Source of the DNA: Priapulus caudatus
Lineage: Eukaryota
Direction: 5' to 3'
Assembly: GCF_000485595.1 (NCBI RefSeq)
Contig: NW_014577061.1
Span: 326,488 to 384,829, forward strand
DNA: 58,342 nucleotides
This document shows positions 47,488 to 56,975 of the stretch, piece after piece (the stretch's first letter is position 1; each line of letters opens with the position of its first letter). The translations under genes were made by a program, and so were the position numbers. Under the pieces are notes generated by a model. It searched no databases and was not told where the DNA came from. It worked only from the letters and a program-made list of their open reading frames with translations.

Positions 47488-49970
47488 GAAGAGAGGGCTG
47501 GCCTGGTACGCGCGGGCACTGTACATAGATGGGTTCATAGTCTATCTATAGAGTGCCAACTTGCTGTACGTTTCCTTTTCACAAAGGAAGCGCGGAGAGT
47601 ATGTAACATCGGCAATGACACGTGATACCGTCAGGATACCGTCTGTGCGTAACGTCGCAGATTCACAAGTGGTCGCACACCAACTTTGAGCTGGCATGGT
47701 ACGCGCAGGCACTGTACATAAATGGGTTCAGAGTCTATCTATAGAGTGCCAACTGGCTGTGTTTCCCTTTCACAAAGGAAGCGCTGAGCAGGGTGTTAGC
47801 CAGGAAAACAAAATCGGGGTGTGGCTGCCTTACGATAAATGATGCGAGTGAAATCGGAGATATTTTATTTATCTTTCGTTTATTCCAATGTTCTTCTCGA
47901 TTACATCCCTTCACTTTCACGTAAAACTAAAAAGATGCAAACAATACAAAATGAATTAATTCTTAGACACAAACGCACTACCATAACCCGTAAAAATATG
48001 GAATGAGTATCATGACAATTTATGCTGAGGAAAATACAGCAGACAGCATATATTTACAACTACAAGGCTAGAAATGACATTGCACAAAAACTATTATTCA
48101 TGTTCATAGAATTGGGACTAAGAGAACAGAGGTAGATTTGTCCTTATAAAATGTATACAATGGCTTAAGGCAACAGAACCCTCGTCTAATCGAGTAAATC
48201 GACATCGTTTTTTCTCATTCATCTTTCGCAAAGGTCCGTCATTTTTAGTGCACAGAAACCAACTCGGTCATAACAATGAACATCTATCGGTAGAACACGG
48301 CAATGCTGTCGTGAAGCTAGCAGAGATTTTTCATCTTCTACAACCCGTTTTCAGGCCTTATCTAAGCACAGGTCTAACTAGCAATAGAGCTATACTTTCT
48401 ATACATCATCTTTCTCATATTTACCTCCGTTCCCGCTTGTGCTTCGTTAAATTATCGCAAGACAATTATCGCAATAACAACTCAAATTCTAGCGAACGGC
48501 ATGCGTGATTTTTTTTCCTAGGTCAATCAAGAACATAGGGCTCTAGTGAGTGCTGCTATTGGTTGAACCTGTTTCGTCGCTCAATGACATCACAGTGTCG
48601 TCATGTTCATAGCACATCCAAAATTCATAATTCCAATTCCCCCTCAATAGCCGAGCGAGTACAGCACGAAATTCAAGGCTGAAAGGTCGGTGGATTGAAT
48701 CCCATCCGTTTTTTTATTATTTTCCTGTTTTCTGTATTTTTCTATCTTTATCCGTTTAACAATTTTTTCTAATTAACGCAATATTTACATGATTTATTTA
48801 CAACAATTTAATAACAACAATTAATTTTAAACAATTAAAAATTAAATTTTTTATATATTTTTTTTTATTTTTTTTCAAATAAAATTAGGGGGGGGGTTTG
48901 GGTTAGGGTTAGGGTTAGGGTTAGGATCACAATGCAGTGAATGCACCATAAAACAGGAGTTTGAGGCACGTGATTTGTATCAACCAATGGCAGCGCTCAC
49001 TAGAGCCCTATGTTCTTGATTGACCTAGGAAAAAAAATCACGCGAATGGCATGGTCTCTCTTAGGCAGGAAATACTTCCACGCCCCTAGCGGATCAAGGC
49101 ACGTGACCCTCAAACCGCGGCAAATAAAACAAGTGCTTAATTAACCTCAAAATATCTCATTATAATTCAAAATATCTAATTGAATAACTAGATTTCATCA
49201 CCAGCGGTGACAAGGGAGTCTCACCATCTGAGCAAAGCGAGGATGCTGTCGGTGCGAAGTGCCCTAGGGGGGAGGGCCTTACCTTAAAATGGAGGAAATA
49301 TGGCCTGAAATGCCAAAAAGACAGGAATCTGATAATATGATTTTATATTCTTATAAGCACTGTTGTCAGTTATACAAGGTGTATAATATATCAAATTGGG
49401 CCGCCCTCATGCCTCTATCAAATTTCATCCGTCTCATCCAAGAATAGGCCGTCCAAAAGACGGGTAGACGGGTCTCTGGCTAACACACTGACGCTGAGAG
49501 TATGTAACATCGGCAATGGCACATGAGACCGTCTGTGTGTAACGTTGCAGATTCACAAGTGGTCGCACACCTACTTTGGGTTGGCCTGGTACGCACAGGC
49601 ACTGTGCATAGATGGGTTCATAGTCTATCTATAGAGTGCCAACTGGCTGTGTTTCCCTTTCACAAAGGAAGCGCTGAGAGTATATAGCACAATGTGCATA
49701 ATGTTGCAGATTCACAAGTGGTCGCACACCTACTTTGGGCTCCCCTGGTACGCGCAGGCACTGCAGAAGGCTCACATCGTGCTGCCGCGCAAGCACCATC
49801 GCCTGCACCACGTCTCGCCGCACGAAACCTACTACTGCATCACCACCGGCTGGCTCAACTACCCGATGGAGGTCGTCGGGTTCTGGCGACACGCCGAGAC
49901 GCTCATCACAAAGCTGACCGGCTCCATACCGCGGCAGGACGACATGAAGTGGACCGCGAAGACGGAATGA
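21434..49970 (+). CDS. PEDS1: Plasmanylethanolamine desaturase 1 (TMEM189/Kua), complete spliced CDS of 5 exons, 279 aa
   Basis: Exons 21434-21581, 31170-31289, 45644-45735, 46482-46700, 49710-49970 join in frame (840 nt) with GT-AG introns. Diagnostic motifs: [64 protein letters not shown]. Confidence 0.96.
21882..23741. mobile_element. CAGGG-ended MITE (~350 bp) interrupted by a 1.5-kb HINE
   Basis: TIR CAGGGGTAGAAATTAAC/GTTAATTTCGCACCCTG; flanked by TATTAC on both sides; uninterrupted copy at 26179-26526. Confidence 0.85.
22024..23529 (+). mobile_element. Helentron-type element (HINE) inserted in a T-run
   Basis: TTAGCTCACC subterminal IR with 5' hairpin, CGTC microsatellite, 3' GGTGAGCTA plus hairpin AGTGTCA-T-TGACACT and T-run; the empty site is visible in the 26179 copy. 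Confidence 0.85.
24405..25132. mobile_element. hAT-like MITE (CAGGGTTTCTT/AAGAAACCCTG) hosting a nested MITE
   Basis: 11-bp TIR; GACTG direct repeat on both flanks. Confidence 0.65.
24499..24946. mobile_element. MITE with family A TIRs, tRNA-like core and (TTAGGG)3; 9-bp TSD (Mutator-like)
   Basis: Perfect TSD CTCAAATGC (24490-98, 24947-55); ~65-bp TIRs. Confidence 0.88.
25377..25655 (+). mobile_element. Possible solo LTR
   Basis: TGTAG...CTACA termini, TATAAA near 25486, AATATA near 25586, flanks TTGT/TTGA. Confidence 0.45.
26179..26526. mobile_element. Uninterrupted copy of the CAGGG-ended MITE
   Basis: Colinear with 21888-22023 plus 23530-23741. Confidence 0.85.
26651..26979 (-). mobile_element. 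Possible solo LTR related to 25377-25655
   Basis: Minus strand reads TGTTATAG...TATATA...ATTAAA...TTTGGAGTT...CTACA; the 3' end resembles that of the 25.4-kb LTR candidate. Confidence 0.4.
28020..28270 (+). repeat. (CT)n microsatellite, degenerate edges
   Basis: Long CT run. Confidence 0.9.
28335..29345 (+). mobile_element. HINE-derived satellite: ~7 tandem 134-158-bp units ending in the HINE 3' terminus
   Basis: Unit marker ACTTACACATCTTGGGGAGA (with variants) at ~28337, 28487, 28621, 28825, 28978, 29124, 29282; 3' end CACGGGGGATACATGTAGTTGGCGACAACTGCCCTTTCTAGTT matches 13615-13657 reverse-complemented. Confidence 0.88.
29816..30607 (+). mobile_element. HINE (TTAGCTCATCTG family) spanning an N-gap; related copies at ~46749-47125 and a 3' end at ~58084-58117
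   Basis: TTTTAGCTCATCTGAC hairpin, (CGTC)n, shared AACAGTTGGGCACAAATCTTAACCGCTCG; 3' AGATGAGC plus hairpin plus CTTGTT. Confidence 0.75.
31170..31289 (+). CDS. PEDS1: PEDS1 exon 2 ([24 protein letters not shown]...ILICA)
   Basis: tttttcag acceptor, GTAAGC donor, 120 nt; matches the GKRxQEW transmembrane segment. Not shown in the ORF track. Confidence 0.92.
31833..31947. mobile_element. 115-bp CACTG-ended MITE with 8-bp TSD
   Basis: TIR CACTGATCTCTA/TAGAGATCAGTG; flanks ATAAACAG/ATACACAG; AT-rich interior. Confidence 0.7.
32495..33067 (-). pseudogene. THAP zinc-finger remnant, probably from a DNA transposase
   Basis: [13 protein letters not shown]...[12 protein letters not shown] followed by stops, a frameshifted AVPI and a second [11 protein letters not shown] box (THAP W, CxxHF and AVPT motifs). 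Confidence 0.65.
33120..33707 (+). repeat. Degenerate (CATA)n microsatellite
   Basis: CATA units with many indels. Confidence 0.92.
34111..34521 (+). repeat. Degenerate (CT)n microsatellite abutting a gap
   Basis: CT-rich low-complexity sequence. Confidence 0.88.
35903..36213 (+). repeat. Two ~157-bp tandem units, probably inside a HINE-like element
   Basis: GCCTCGATTTTCG..CCAGATATGTCACGTG..GCCGAATTTTATGAAAATAAAAAAAGTT repeated twice. Confidence 0.7.
40899..42230 (+). repeat. Degenerate GT/GTGC-rich tandem sequence (similar complementary tracts at ~34850-35035 and ~35430-35525)
   Basis: Strong G+T strand bias with recurring GTGTCACTG and GTGCGT; probably a noisy read of a minisatellite. 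Confidence 0.75.
43329..44167 (+). mobile_element. Non-autonomous Helitron-like element with (TATG)n, a tRNA-like segment and (GATGG/CATGG)n
   Basis: A|TC start, 3' hairpin CCCGG-GCAACG-CCGGG 8 nt before CTAG|T. The 5' boundary is less certain. Confidence 0.65.
44240..45360 (-). mobile_element. 5'-truncated, decayed non-LTR retrotransposon (Vingi/Ingi-like I-group LINE)
   Basis: Reverse transcriptase FLYADDVCI, then [51 protein letters not shown] (CCHC-like knuckle); 3' tail GTGACTCGAGAAGAAGA; frameshifts and stops. Confidence 0.85.
45644..45735 (+). CDS. PEDS1: PEDS1 exon 3 ([31 protein letters not shown])
   Basis: tttgcag acceptor, GTAAGT donor, 92 nt. Confidence 0.95.
46482..46700 (+). 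CDS. PEDS1: PEDS1 exon 4 ([13 protein letters not shown]...FVTLTNQ)
   Basis: gacag acceptor, GTGAGA donor, 219 nt, REHH His motif. Confidence 0.95.
47280..47493 (+). repeat. (GA)n microsatellite with periodic G-run interruptions
   Basis: GA runs interrupted about every 50 bp. Confidence 0.93.
47789..49490. mobile_element. Non-autonomous hAT-like element, 1.7 kb
   Basis: TIR CAGGGTGTTAGCCAG/CTGGCTAACACACTG; 8-bp TSD GCGCTGAG/ACGCTGAG. Confidence 0.85.
48503..49043. mobile_element. MITE family C with tRNA-like core and (TTAGGG)n; 9-bp TSD
   Basis: ~63-bp TIR GCGTGATTTTTTTTCCTAGGTCAATCAAGAACATAGGGCTCTAGTGAG; TSD GAACGGCAT/GAATGGCAT; interior homologous to 24499-24946. Confidence 0.88.
49710..49970 (+). 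CDS. PEDS1: PEDS1 last exon ([12 protein letters not shown]...HHRLHH...[10 protein letters not shown])
   Basis: ttgcag acceptor; HKWSH and HHRLHH His boxes; TGA stop. Confidence 0.95.
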   Translation: MHKWSHTYFGLPWYAQALQKAHIVLPRKHHRLHHVSPHETYYCITTGWLNYPMEVVGFWRHAETLITKLTGSIPRQDDMKWTAKTE

Positions 49971-50130
49971 CGACGTGGCGCCCCCGCCCTGCATTGTTTC
50001 GGAATCACGAAGTGGTCTGCGAAGATGCAGTGATGACGTGGCGCCCCACCCCTCCCCTGTGATGTCTCTTTTTTGTTTTCGGAATCACGAAGTGGGCTGC
50101 GAAGATGGAATGACGACATCACGCCCCCCT
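49946..50130 (+). repeat. Three tandem copies of the PEDS1 stop-codon region
   Basis: GAAGTGG..GCGAAGA.G.A.TGA.GAC....CGCCCC at ~49946, 50009 and 50088. Confidence 0.85.
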
Positions 50131-51181
50131 CCCCTCCGACGTCTTTTTTGTTTTGTTTTTCTAAATGGAACAAACATTTTTCGCAGGTTCTTAGAATGTG
50201 TACGTTACGTTGCTTGTGAGCATGAATGCACGGCAGCATTCTGCGACCATTGTCTTGGTGTCCTATATTTGGGGTATATCGCCTGCTGCATCGCTTGTCC
50301 TAGCAGAGTAGATTTTGCATGGCGATGCATGCATATGGCTTATCTACGTGTGTTGAGATTAGAGTGCCGATTGTGTGCTTCACGCACTACTTATCTGTGC
50401 AGTATCGGTACAGATGTGTTTTCTAACCGATTTTTAAAACTCGAAAAATGGTTCGTAGAAAATTGAAAATGGCAGCCAAAACTTTTCTGCATTTTTACTC
50501 AGGTTTTCTGGTGGTTCTCCACCTGTAGCTATTGCTGTATGTTCTTTGTCATGTATTTACGAAAGTTTGCTAGCACTGTTTCCTTCTGGATTGACACATT
50601 CCAACTGATACGTTCTGTGCAGTACTCCTACTTATGTACCATTGTTGGAGACGTTTTCACCTGTGCCTAGTCTAGCGGCTTTTTGTGCAGATGGAATGAA
50701 CGTCTTCAGAAAAAAAAGAAAAACCAATGAAAAAAACAATGCATACAAAACAAATGAAACAGCAACAAATGTAGTTAGTGACTATGCTAGATGATTGTTT
50801 GCGTGTAATAATGTATATGAGATTTGCAGGGTACAGCCCGGAGTACACATGCTATTTTATTTTGTCAAACTGGCACCTGACGACCTGAGTTACAGCAGCA
50901 ACACTAGTTTATTGAAGGCAACATTCACGTAGTTGAGATTTATACGTAGGATGGTGATAGTGATATCAGTCAATTCGAATCGTGCTCTCTCGTCAATGCA
51001 GCTTCGGTGACTCACAATATCTCACAAAGAAAACACATGTTAATACATAGAATACGCAAGACATACAACATAATTCATGCGACAACGATATTCTCTATAC
51101 GCAGTGGTCACGGCACCATTGTAATAATGAGTTCCTTCTACTCGTTTGTTATCCGTGATCGTATGAGTGGTCTACGTATAT

Positions 51182-51777
51182 TGTTAGAGATATCGCTGTA
51201 CGCATCATACACCAGTTACTGAACACTGCAGGTACGTGGTTAAAGTACAAACATCTTTACTGTTCAAGAATGACAAGACATATAATATGTGCCCATGTAA
51301 TGAGCAGAACATATACAGATGTGTACGTGCTATACAAACAGAACTTACATCTCAAGCGTTGGTAGCAGTAACCGCAACAGTAAGACTAGATACGTATGTC
51401 AACTAGATTGCAAGAGCAGACAGAGGGTTATTTCCTGTGCTACCGTTTAAATAGTGACGCCGTGACTATTGTCTTGGTCGTCCGCCGTCATTGGTCGCCC
51501 GCTCCAGCGACCTCTGGTCACGCGTGTCCAAATGACACGCGCTCCCATTGGCTGCTGGTGCGGGTCGTGGTCACACCCCCTTGACCACCAGCCCAATTAC
51601 GTGTCGCGGGCTAGATCTGCACACGTGCGCGTTTCTAAGACAAAGAGCTTTGTCTTATCCTTCTGATTTCCTTATTATTACATATTACATATTCCGTATT
51701 ACAAGTGTAGTCATGGCATTCGTTTACATATGCATATGTAAGCGAACCCTGATAATATCAAATAAGCATTGCTGACA
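51182..51777 (-). mobile_element. Possible solo LTR
   Basis: Minus strand TGTCAG...TATTTAAA...AGTAAA...CTAACA; no TSD. Confidence 0.3.
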
Positions 51778-53198
51778 TGTTTCCCGGTGTGGTTCACGGA
51801 TATGTGGTGACGGGCCCATGTCAAGTTCCCCCAGGCTTAGCTTAACGTTGATCGCCCCAGTGGCATCCCTTCTTGTCAACCAAATTCTTGTACTCTACTA
51901 TTAGTGCCATTTTGAGGGTTACACTTATGGAACACTGGGTTTATTACAGCACATGTCTTTTAACAGAAGATAATTTGCTAGTTTAATAGCTTGCGTTTGT
52001 GTCGAAAAGGTATGTCAGAGTTAAAAGCGTCCAAACTTATTCTGTCCATTTGAAATGTTTTCTGTGGCTTTGCATTGAATGTTAATAGTAATAAGTCCAT
52101 CCGCAATCGTGTTAGTGCAGTTTTTATACCAACATGTATCTTGTGCATCTAGGATTATAGTATGCTTGCGCAAGCTGGACATAGTAATCAAGCTGTGTGG
52201 TGACCTATTTTTCCTTGTCCAAATTTTATTTTCGTTTTATATATATATATACACATGTCGCTGAATAAAGTTTAGTTTTACATGCGAATATCAGAGAATA
52301 ATGTTTCCCAGACAACGTTCTTGTTAATGTGATATCTAGTTGATTGTTGGTAACAGGGAACCGTTTGATGGAATGAAATGTTGAGAAAACAATTCCCATG
52401 TATGATGAATGTACCTATATGAATCTTCAGTGCTAATGTTGTACGTTATTGTGTAGCAGGCATCTCCTTAATAGCTGAGCTTTAGAAAAATGTGATGTTA
52501 GAAAGTCATACATGTATTTTCTTTTAGATATACCTGTTTGTACCTGTTCAAGTGTTTGCATATATATATATATATATATATGTTTGTGTGTACGTACGTG
52601 CGTGTGTTCGCGTATGTATGCATCAAGAGTAGATGATAAAGATGTATCTGCATTATCTAATATAGGTCAGTCTTTACGATCTACTCAGAAAAAATATCAC
52701 CAGTCTTTTTTTATTTCCATGGAAAATTCTGTTGATATACGTGAAGGAGACAGTGCAGACTGTCATTATTTATGATATTGTATCGTACTGTATTGTATGT
52801 AATTATAATAGTGCTTGTTGTCATATATTTCGTGTGAGGATTATGAAACAACGGTATAACCTGAACGCCACGTATTTAAGGACAATCGGTTGTCTGTAAG
52901 CGAATCAAAGCAATCGAACATTATTATCATCAAAAGCAACAGAATATACAGTTCTGAACAACGGTTGTGAACAGGAACATAGTGCAACACATTAGCATTC
53001 CGAGAATTTTAATTTCTTTATTAAAATCAAGTGAACTGTAAATAGTACATTTTTCAGGTGGCATGGAAATCGGACATGAAACACTTTATTGACATCACCA
53101 TTGGTTTCACTACTCAGGGTTTACTTATACATGTTGTGTTACAAATATCAATCGAAAGAGAATTAATTCCTAGTTTACAGTGGGCACCTGCCAGTTTA

Positions 53199-53441
53199 GC
53201 TGAGAGGGTCTATGTCCCCCAGGGTACTGCCGGAACGTACCCTGGTACTATCTAATATGCCGGAACGTACCCTGGTACTATCTAATATGCCGGAACGTAC
53301 CCTGGTACTATCTAATATGCCGGACCGTACCTCGCCTACTCCAATAACAAGTCGCCTACTCCCTAACCCTAACCCTAACCATATCAAATAGTTACCAGGG
53401 TACGTTCCAGCAGTACCCTGGTGGACATAGACCCTATGAGC
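53199..53441. mobile_element. MITE family B, complete copy with (CCCTAA)3 and an internal 30-bp tandem
   Basis: Perfect 9-bp TSD GCCAGTTTA (53190-98, 53442-50); TIRs as at 20029. Confidence 0.9.
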
Positions 53442-54821
53442 GCCAGTTTAGCAGGGTTAGTTTCATGAATTTTTGGTTCTTGTGACTAACAGTAATGCGG
53501 CAGATATATGGTGAGGCTAGCGTACGTGTTTAGTACGGAGGTGAGGTAGTTAGCCTAGTCGAAATTGCCTATGATGTAAATCAACGCGATCTGTGCAGCC
53601 TTTTTCTAATCACGTCAAATATTGTTTCACCGAATGACAACTGTTCTCTATGTAGTCTCAAGTGTAACCTCTGTGTGATGTGTATGACTGCCACAATGTA
53701 AACAGGGTATGTGGATATTGTAGTGGTTTTATGGTGTGATAGTCGGCATGGTAGCTAACGAGAACCTTACGTGGCAAGTGAGTCAATATCAGAAGATATT
53801 ACGGCAAGTTCACTGTTTCTAAGCAATCATTGTAGACAATTTTGTAGTCGTATTTGACAGTGCTTTATTGTGTGCGATTGGAACTTGTAATATCACGTAC
53901 CATTGTCAAAACCCGATTCGTATTATGCCAGCGCTTGCTTAATGGGATGGTATGGTACTGCATCCCCAGAGGCGTGGTATGCCGAAGTCATTGTACTACA
54001 GGGTTCTATAATTTGGTCACAAATTTCTACTTTCCCTTAGTAGGTGTGGGGTAACGGTTCTCTGCATACACATTTAAGTTGGTGTAATTACAATGTAGGT
54101 GGCTTAGTAGGCAGCTTTACAGATGTTATAGGCGGTGCTATTGAATAGTGAATGTGCAAGCGACGTGTGTATTATTATTAAGCATCAATCGCCAAAAATG
54201 AATTTGACTTTGTCGGAACAAAGTAGTTGGCAGCCATTCTTGAAACTGCCCTTGAGGTGTAAATTGATTACTGTATCATCAGACTGAATGAGGGAGGGGG
54301 GCAAAAATTGGTGAAATTAGAAAATATTTAGGTCAAAAACTATCGAAGAGTTAATGGAAGATGTATTCCATGAGGAAATTAAACGTTTTTTGAGGATTTG
54401 TTAGAGGGTCAAGGTGTAAATACTCAGTCTTTCAGGCATCATCTCTAGACAAAAGGTTAGATCTGAGTCCTACTTGCTGAAATTTCTCACAAGGAATGAT
54501 AAAACAGGAACTATGCTAGACAATATTTTAACCACGAAAGATAAATAGGAACAGTAACAGTAATTAAATAATGTTTTTTATACATGATTGACAATTATCG
54601 CAGATATGAAGTATTGTGACCACTGAATTAGATTGAAAAGCATACATGTACGCACGATTGTTTTATGAATGTATAAAGACAATAGCCGCCAACAGTCAAG
54701 TTAGTGCCGAGGTGTAGCTAAATACCAGTCGGTCTGTTCCAGCATACTTATAATATAAGATGAGAAATATTTGCATGTCTTTGTTGTTTTTCTCAATTTC
54801 GCTGCATAACCCATCCAAAAA

Positions 54822-54890
54822 TCAGAAAAGCTGTGGCACGGGTCTTCCAAATAGCAGTCTCCACGATGGTGGTATACTCCATAGATTTGG
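54822..54890 (-). CDS. PSMG2: PSMG2 last exon (PNLWSIPPSWRLLFGRPVPQLF*)
   Basis: ttttcag acceptor, TGA stop, conserved C-terminal motif. Confidence 0.93.
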   Translation of the reverse strand, partial: PNLWSIPPSWRLLFGRPVPQLF

Positions 54891-55633
54891 CTGAAAACAT
54901 TAATATATACACTTATTTGATATAATGATTAAATAACGTGACTTGATCGATACAAAAGTTTACATGAAAATGCTTGGAAGTTGAAGAAACAATTTGTACA
55001 AAAAGTGGTGAAACATTGGAAGTTAAGAACGAGGACAAGTAAGCATATATAGACTTCTTACAGATATGACTACATACTGTATACGCCATATTTTTCGCGT
55101 ACAGATATTTTCGCAAATTCAGACTTGACGGACAATTTTGCGGTTTGTGAATTCCCGAATCAGTGAAGAACAGCGTGTTGTTATTTTCGGGGTCGGGGAC
55201 GCGTTCGTGAAATTCGCGAAAATTATACTGTACATAATCATTGTATACAGATTGAATAATCGATGTCATCCTGCATTCTAGCAGCAATGGGTTAGTTTTA
55301 GATACTATAACAATGGTGCTGACACACCTTGTCTACTAACTGCAGCCATTGGTTAAGTTGGTCCACTAGACCAAATGCGTCCCCTGTGTTGTCACCCTCA
55401 GAGCAAAAGACGAATAACACTACCAGAGGGACATCGCCTTCATTGCTAAACAATGAAAAATTAAATATATAAATACAAATAAAAATGAAATTCTATCAGT
55501 GTAAGAGAAAAGGGCGCTTACACCGTGCAAGGTCTCAAAACGTTTAGTGAACAACCAGACTGCATCTCAATAAATACAGCAAAGTAAGGGGTACATTCCT
55601 ATAGGGACTGTTGCATCCACAATAAAGTGTGTG

Positions 55634-55665
<32 letters not shown>

Positions 55666-56975
55666 TTCATGTTTGCGTTCATGAGTGCATGCTTGCAAGC
55701 GTGCGTGCGTGCTTGCGTGCATGTGTGTGTTCAATACCATAAGTTCATGAACAGTTTCGTGATCCCTCCTCCTGGCATGTAGAAGGTGTCATTGGGGTGG
55801 TCCGCATAGTCCTTCCTCAGCTCCAGCTGCTTCCACCCGTTGGCTGACAACTGCTGCTCACATTGGTTCTCACTATGCTTGTTGCAGATGTACCGGTACT
55901 GTGACCTGCCGAGGCAGTAGTCTGATTATGGTAAATTAAAGCCTCAATGCTGGCACTAAAGAGCCCTATGACTGATATAATGACGCAGGCCCGTAGCCAG
56001 GAGGGGTTCGGAGGGTTTGCACAACCCCCCCCCCCGAGCAAAAAAAATAAAAAATTTGCAAGAATTTCACCTCAGGTATGCACCAGATCGCTCCATTTTA
56101 GTGTAATAATTGCAAAATCTCCATCGTGCCTGAGGGGGGATACCCCCCTCCCACACCCTCCCCCGCTCGGTCGCTATGCTCCCTCGCTCAGTCGCTTCGC
56201 GCCCTCACAAATTGCCAACATTTAAAAACGAACTCCCCCCAATATAAAGCTGGCTACGGGCCTGATGACGGAAACATATATTGTCAGAGTCCACCTTTAA
56301 ACATGTATTAATAGGGGATGCTTACACAGTAAGATTGGAGAATACACTTCTGAGTAAAATGAACAGGCCTTGTGTGACTGACAGGCAGCTCCAGGCAGTT
56401 ACTATTGTGATAATAAATTCCAAAAACAATGCTTGGCAACAAATTGTGTTTAAGTTGCTGAGTTTGGCATGCAAGCATGATAAAGCCATCCAAACTGATC
56501 TAACTTGCCCAACTCGGCAACAATATCCAAGGTGGGACATGATTACCTTACTTAGGCAATATATATTATATAATATTTAATATACCTATATTACACTGTT
56601 GTTCTCACTGGGTCCTAAAGGTAATTGTAAAGTCTTTCAGAAATGTTTTCTCCCAAACCCTCATGATATGTCAGAAATTTAGTTGGCAATCCCCAGATAA
56701 TCAAGCCCTGTTTTAACAACTGGTCAGTTTTATATAACGACAAGACAATTTAACCTTGGCAAAAGAATCATGAATGAAAACCCCTCAGGAACATCTATTG
56801 TTTATCAGAATTTTTGTCAGTATGACTCTTACAAGACATTATAAATATATAAATACCCTAATAACTGTGCATCGTTCCTGTAGAAAGCATTCAAGCTGGA
56901 CAACATCACAACATTTCTGAAATTCCATAACTTTATCCATGATCTCAACTGCTTCAGGTAGTCAGATTTCTTTCT
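54822..56975 (-). CDS. PSMG2: Proteasome assembly chaperone 2 (PAC2), last four exons; 5' exons not found in the window
   Basis: Exons 56975-56857, 55905-55738, 55445-55328, 54890-54822 join in frame: ...VVMLSSLNAFYRNDAQLLGSQYRY...MPGGGITKLF...VFCSEGDNTGDAFGLV.QLNQWL...WSIPPSWRLLFG. The PGGGIT, SEGDN and W.IP.SWRLLFG motifs are characteristic of PAC2. Confidence 0.93.
55328..55445 (-). CDS. PSMG2: PSMG2 internal exon (NEGDVPLVVLFVFCSEGDN...QWLQLVDK)
   Basis: gtttag acceptor, GTGTGT donor, 118 nt. Confidence 0.93.
55738..55905 (-). CDS. PSMG2: PSMG2 internal exon (SQYRYIC...PGGGITKLFMNL)
   Basis: ggcag acceptor, GTATTG donor, 168 nt. Confidence 0.92.
55986..56264. mobile_element. CAG-ended MITE with 6-bp TSD in a PSMG2 intron
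   Basis: TIR CAGGCCCGTAGCCAG/CTGGCTACGGGCCTG; TSD ATGACG on both sides. Confidence 0.85.
56857..56975 (-). CDS. PSMG2: PSMG2 internal exon (RKKSDYLKQL...RNDAQLL)
   Basis: ctgcag acceptor, GTATTT donor, 119 nt. Confidence 0.9.

Larger units (their letters stand above)
47494..49709 (+). repeat. Tandem ~180-190-bp duplications of the PEDS1 last-exon acceptor region, interrupted by a hAT element
   Basis: Copies of gcag|ATTCACAAGTGGTCGCACACC at 47661 and 49551 (partial copy at 47494) upstream of the true exon at 49710. Confidence 0.92.
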
